A stretch of 64,000 nucleotides of DNA from the human T2T-CHM13v2.0 reference genome, Homo sapiens. Each line of letters opens with the position of its first letter. The stretch's first letter is position 1. Shown here in pieces: positions 62,290 through 64,000 of this stretch. The stretch lies in the NCBI RefSeq assembly GCF_009914755.1, contig NC_060939.1, one strand, 5' to 3'. A program made the translations under genes and the position numbers. Under the pieces are notes generated by a model. That model saw only the letters and a list, made by a program, of their open reading frames with translations. It ran no database searches and was not told where the DNA came from.

Positions 62290-63420
62290 TTCTAAGAAAC
62301 CATAATTAAGATGTTCTGTTGCTACAATTTTAAAAGAATCATGAGAAGAATAAAGAACATAATATTTTCCAACCAGTAGAGGGAAAAGTGGGAGAGAAAA
62401 AACCTTTCAAAACCTAAAAATAAAAATTTAAAAAAATCTTAAAAGGAGACAAAAGACCTTAAAAGTTAACTAGAAAACATAAAATAGTATAAATAAGTCT
62501 AAATATATGAGTTATAAGTGGCCTAAATACAGTGGTTAAACATACAGATTGTCAAATTAGTTAAAAAATAAAAATTGAGTACATCTAAAATCTAAGGGCA
62601 TGAAAAGATTGAAAATAAAAGAATAAATGAACAAACATGAATACATAATTATATGTTACATATATCATGCATACATATATGTATATATCTCAATAAAATT
62701 TAGATAGCTTTGTTAAAAACTGACAGAAGAGATTTTAAGACCATAAGCAATATTAGTGATAAATATGTTATCCATATGATAAAAATATAATTTACTAGAG
62801 AGCTATAACAATTTTAATTTAAACACCAAAAATAACAAAGTAAAAATTAACATGAGTACATGAAGAAATTGAAATTTTCATAATTTAATAGATTTCAATA
62901 TGTAACTTACTATAATGATACCTCTAGAACTTAGAATTTAGTAAGAATATGGAATATTTGAATAATACTCAACATGCTGGATATAATGGACAGAAATAGA
63001 ATGTTATACCCAACAACTGAAGAATATATATTCTTCTAATAAATTCCAGTTAATTCCTAATAAATTCCAATAAATTCCTAATAAATTCCAAAGAAATGAT
63101 ATCATACAGATCACATTTCTGAACAAAGTGAAAATAACTTAAAAATCATTAAGAAAAAGAAAAATTAATCCCAAATAATTTAGAAATGAAAAGTTCATTT
63201 CTAAATAACTCATAGGTCAAGGAATAAATCATAGTAAGCAACTGAAAATATTTAGACCCCAATACTAATGGAACCATAATATATAAAAACTCATGGGATG
63301 CAGCTACAGGGGTGTAAGCACAAGATATCTTAAATATCTTAAATGCTTTTATTAAAAAAATTGAAAATCAATAAGCCAAGACTCACCCTCAAAGCAATTA
63401 GAATATAGAATGAAATAAAA
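62290..63420 (+). mobile_element. Old L1ME-like ORF2 fragment
   Basis: A-rich decayed L1 endonuclease-region motifs (CTAAATAACTCATAGGTCAAGG; AACTCATGGGATGCAGCTA). Confidence 0.65.
63037..63090. repeat. Short tandem repeat of ~11-bp unit TAATAAATTCC (about 5 imperfect copies)
   Basis: CTAATAAATTCCAGTTAATTCCTAATAAATTCCAATAAATTCCTAATAAATTCC. Confidence 0.85.
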
Positions 63421-64000
63421 TAATGTGTAACATGATTTCCATTCTTGTCTATGATAGAAAAGATTATATAACGTTACCCCTACCACTAAGAATAACTAAG
63501 CAATCTGGGTAAAACTTAAAAATGAAGCGTCTGAGGGCAGTAGAGATCAACCAAGGCTGACAGGACTTGAGAGTCTAAGATCCTAAAGAGAAGGGAAGCA
63601 CATTGGGGGGAACCTCACATTTGTCCCCATTTGTTCCTCTGAGGGGATTTGCTGATTTGTGGAATAAGGAAAAGAAGTAGAAATCATCAGCATGAGGCTT
63701 ATGACAGTCTCATTGAGGTGAAGAGACAGAAGTTAAGAGTTTGGATCGCCAACATGGGCAGAACTTGAGAAGCCCAGATCTCAAAGAGGTTAGGAACTGC
63801 AGAGGAGTCAGCATGAAATTCTACATGCAATTTTCGCTATAGCTGTTTGTCAAGTCTTCAGCTACATATGCACAGGGCAAGGTGTCAAGAAACTAAGCAG
63901 AAAGAAGCTACTGTAAAGCCAAAGAACTTGAATAGAGTCTTTGGTTGGAGAAAAAGAGGTTGGAGCCGGGCAGCTACCAAAGTGGAGAAACCCCAGTAAA

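Noticed and set aside
63037-63090. Short repeat array as CRISPR-like or a novel repeat system
   Set aside because: No spacers; a simple slippage expansion inside an old L1 in a eukaryotic genome.

Overview
Primate, almost certainly human, genomic DNA covering the 5' end of RORA (RAR-related orphan receptor alpha). Its long-isoform (RORα1) first coding exon lies on the minus strand at 8467..8302 and encodes [56 protein letters not shown], followed by a GT donor. The exon sits in a CpG island (~6.55-9.15 kb). Positions 1-8301 are the start of RORA intron 1. Positions ~8.6-64 kb are upstream non-coding DNA dominated by interspersed repeats (Alu/FLAM/FAM, L1, L2, MIR, MER11 and MLT/LTR16/LTR33-type LTRs, hAT MITEs). 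The other listed ORFs are GC-rich, Alu-, L1- or transposase-derived, or random frames. I found no convincing new protein-coding or RNA system. The most notable structures are: (i) a ~135-bp non-repeat sequence copied in inverted orientation 2 kb away into the middle of a MIR, which looks like a templated insertion; (ii) a cluster of D-box clock elements in RORA intron 1; (iii) a fossil hAT/Charlie transposon split into four pieces over 10 kb by nested L1/LTR insertions; (iv) a twin-primed L1PA3-like element carrying a nested L1PA2-like copy, which creates a ~400-bp inverted repeat; (v) a T40 tract just upstream of the RORA start codon; (vi) a co-oriented MER11 solo LTR 13 kb upstream. Repeat subfamily names come from recalled consensus sequences and need RepeatMasker/Dfam confirmation. 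Boundaries of old repeats are approximate.
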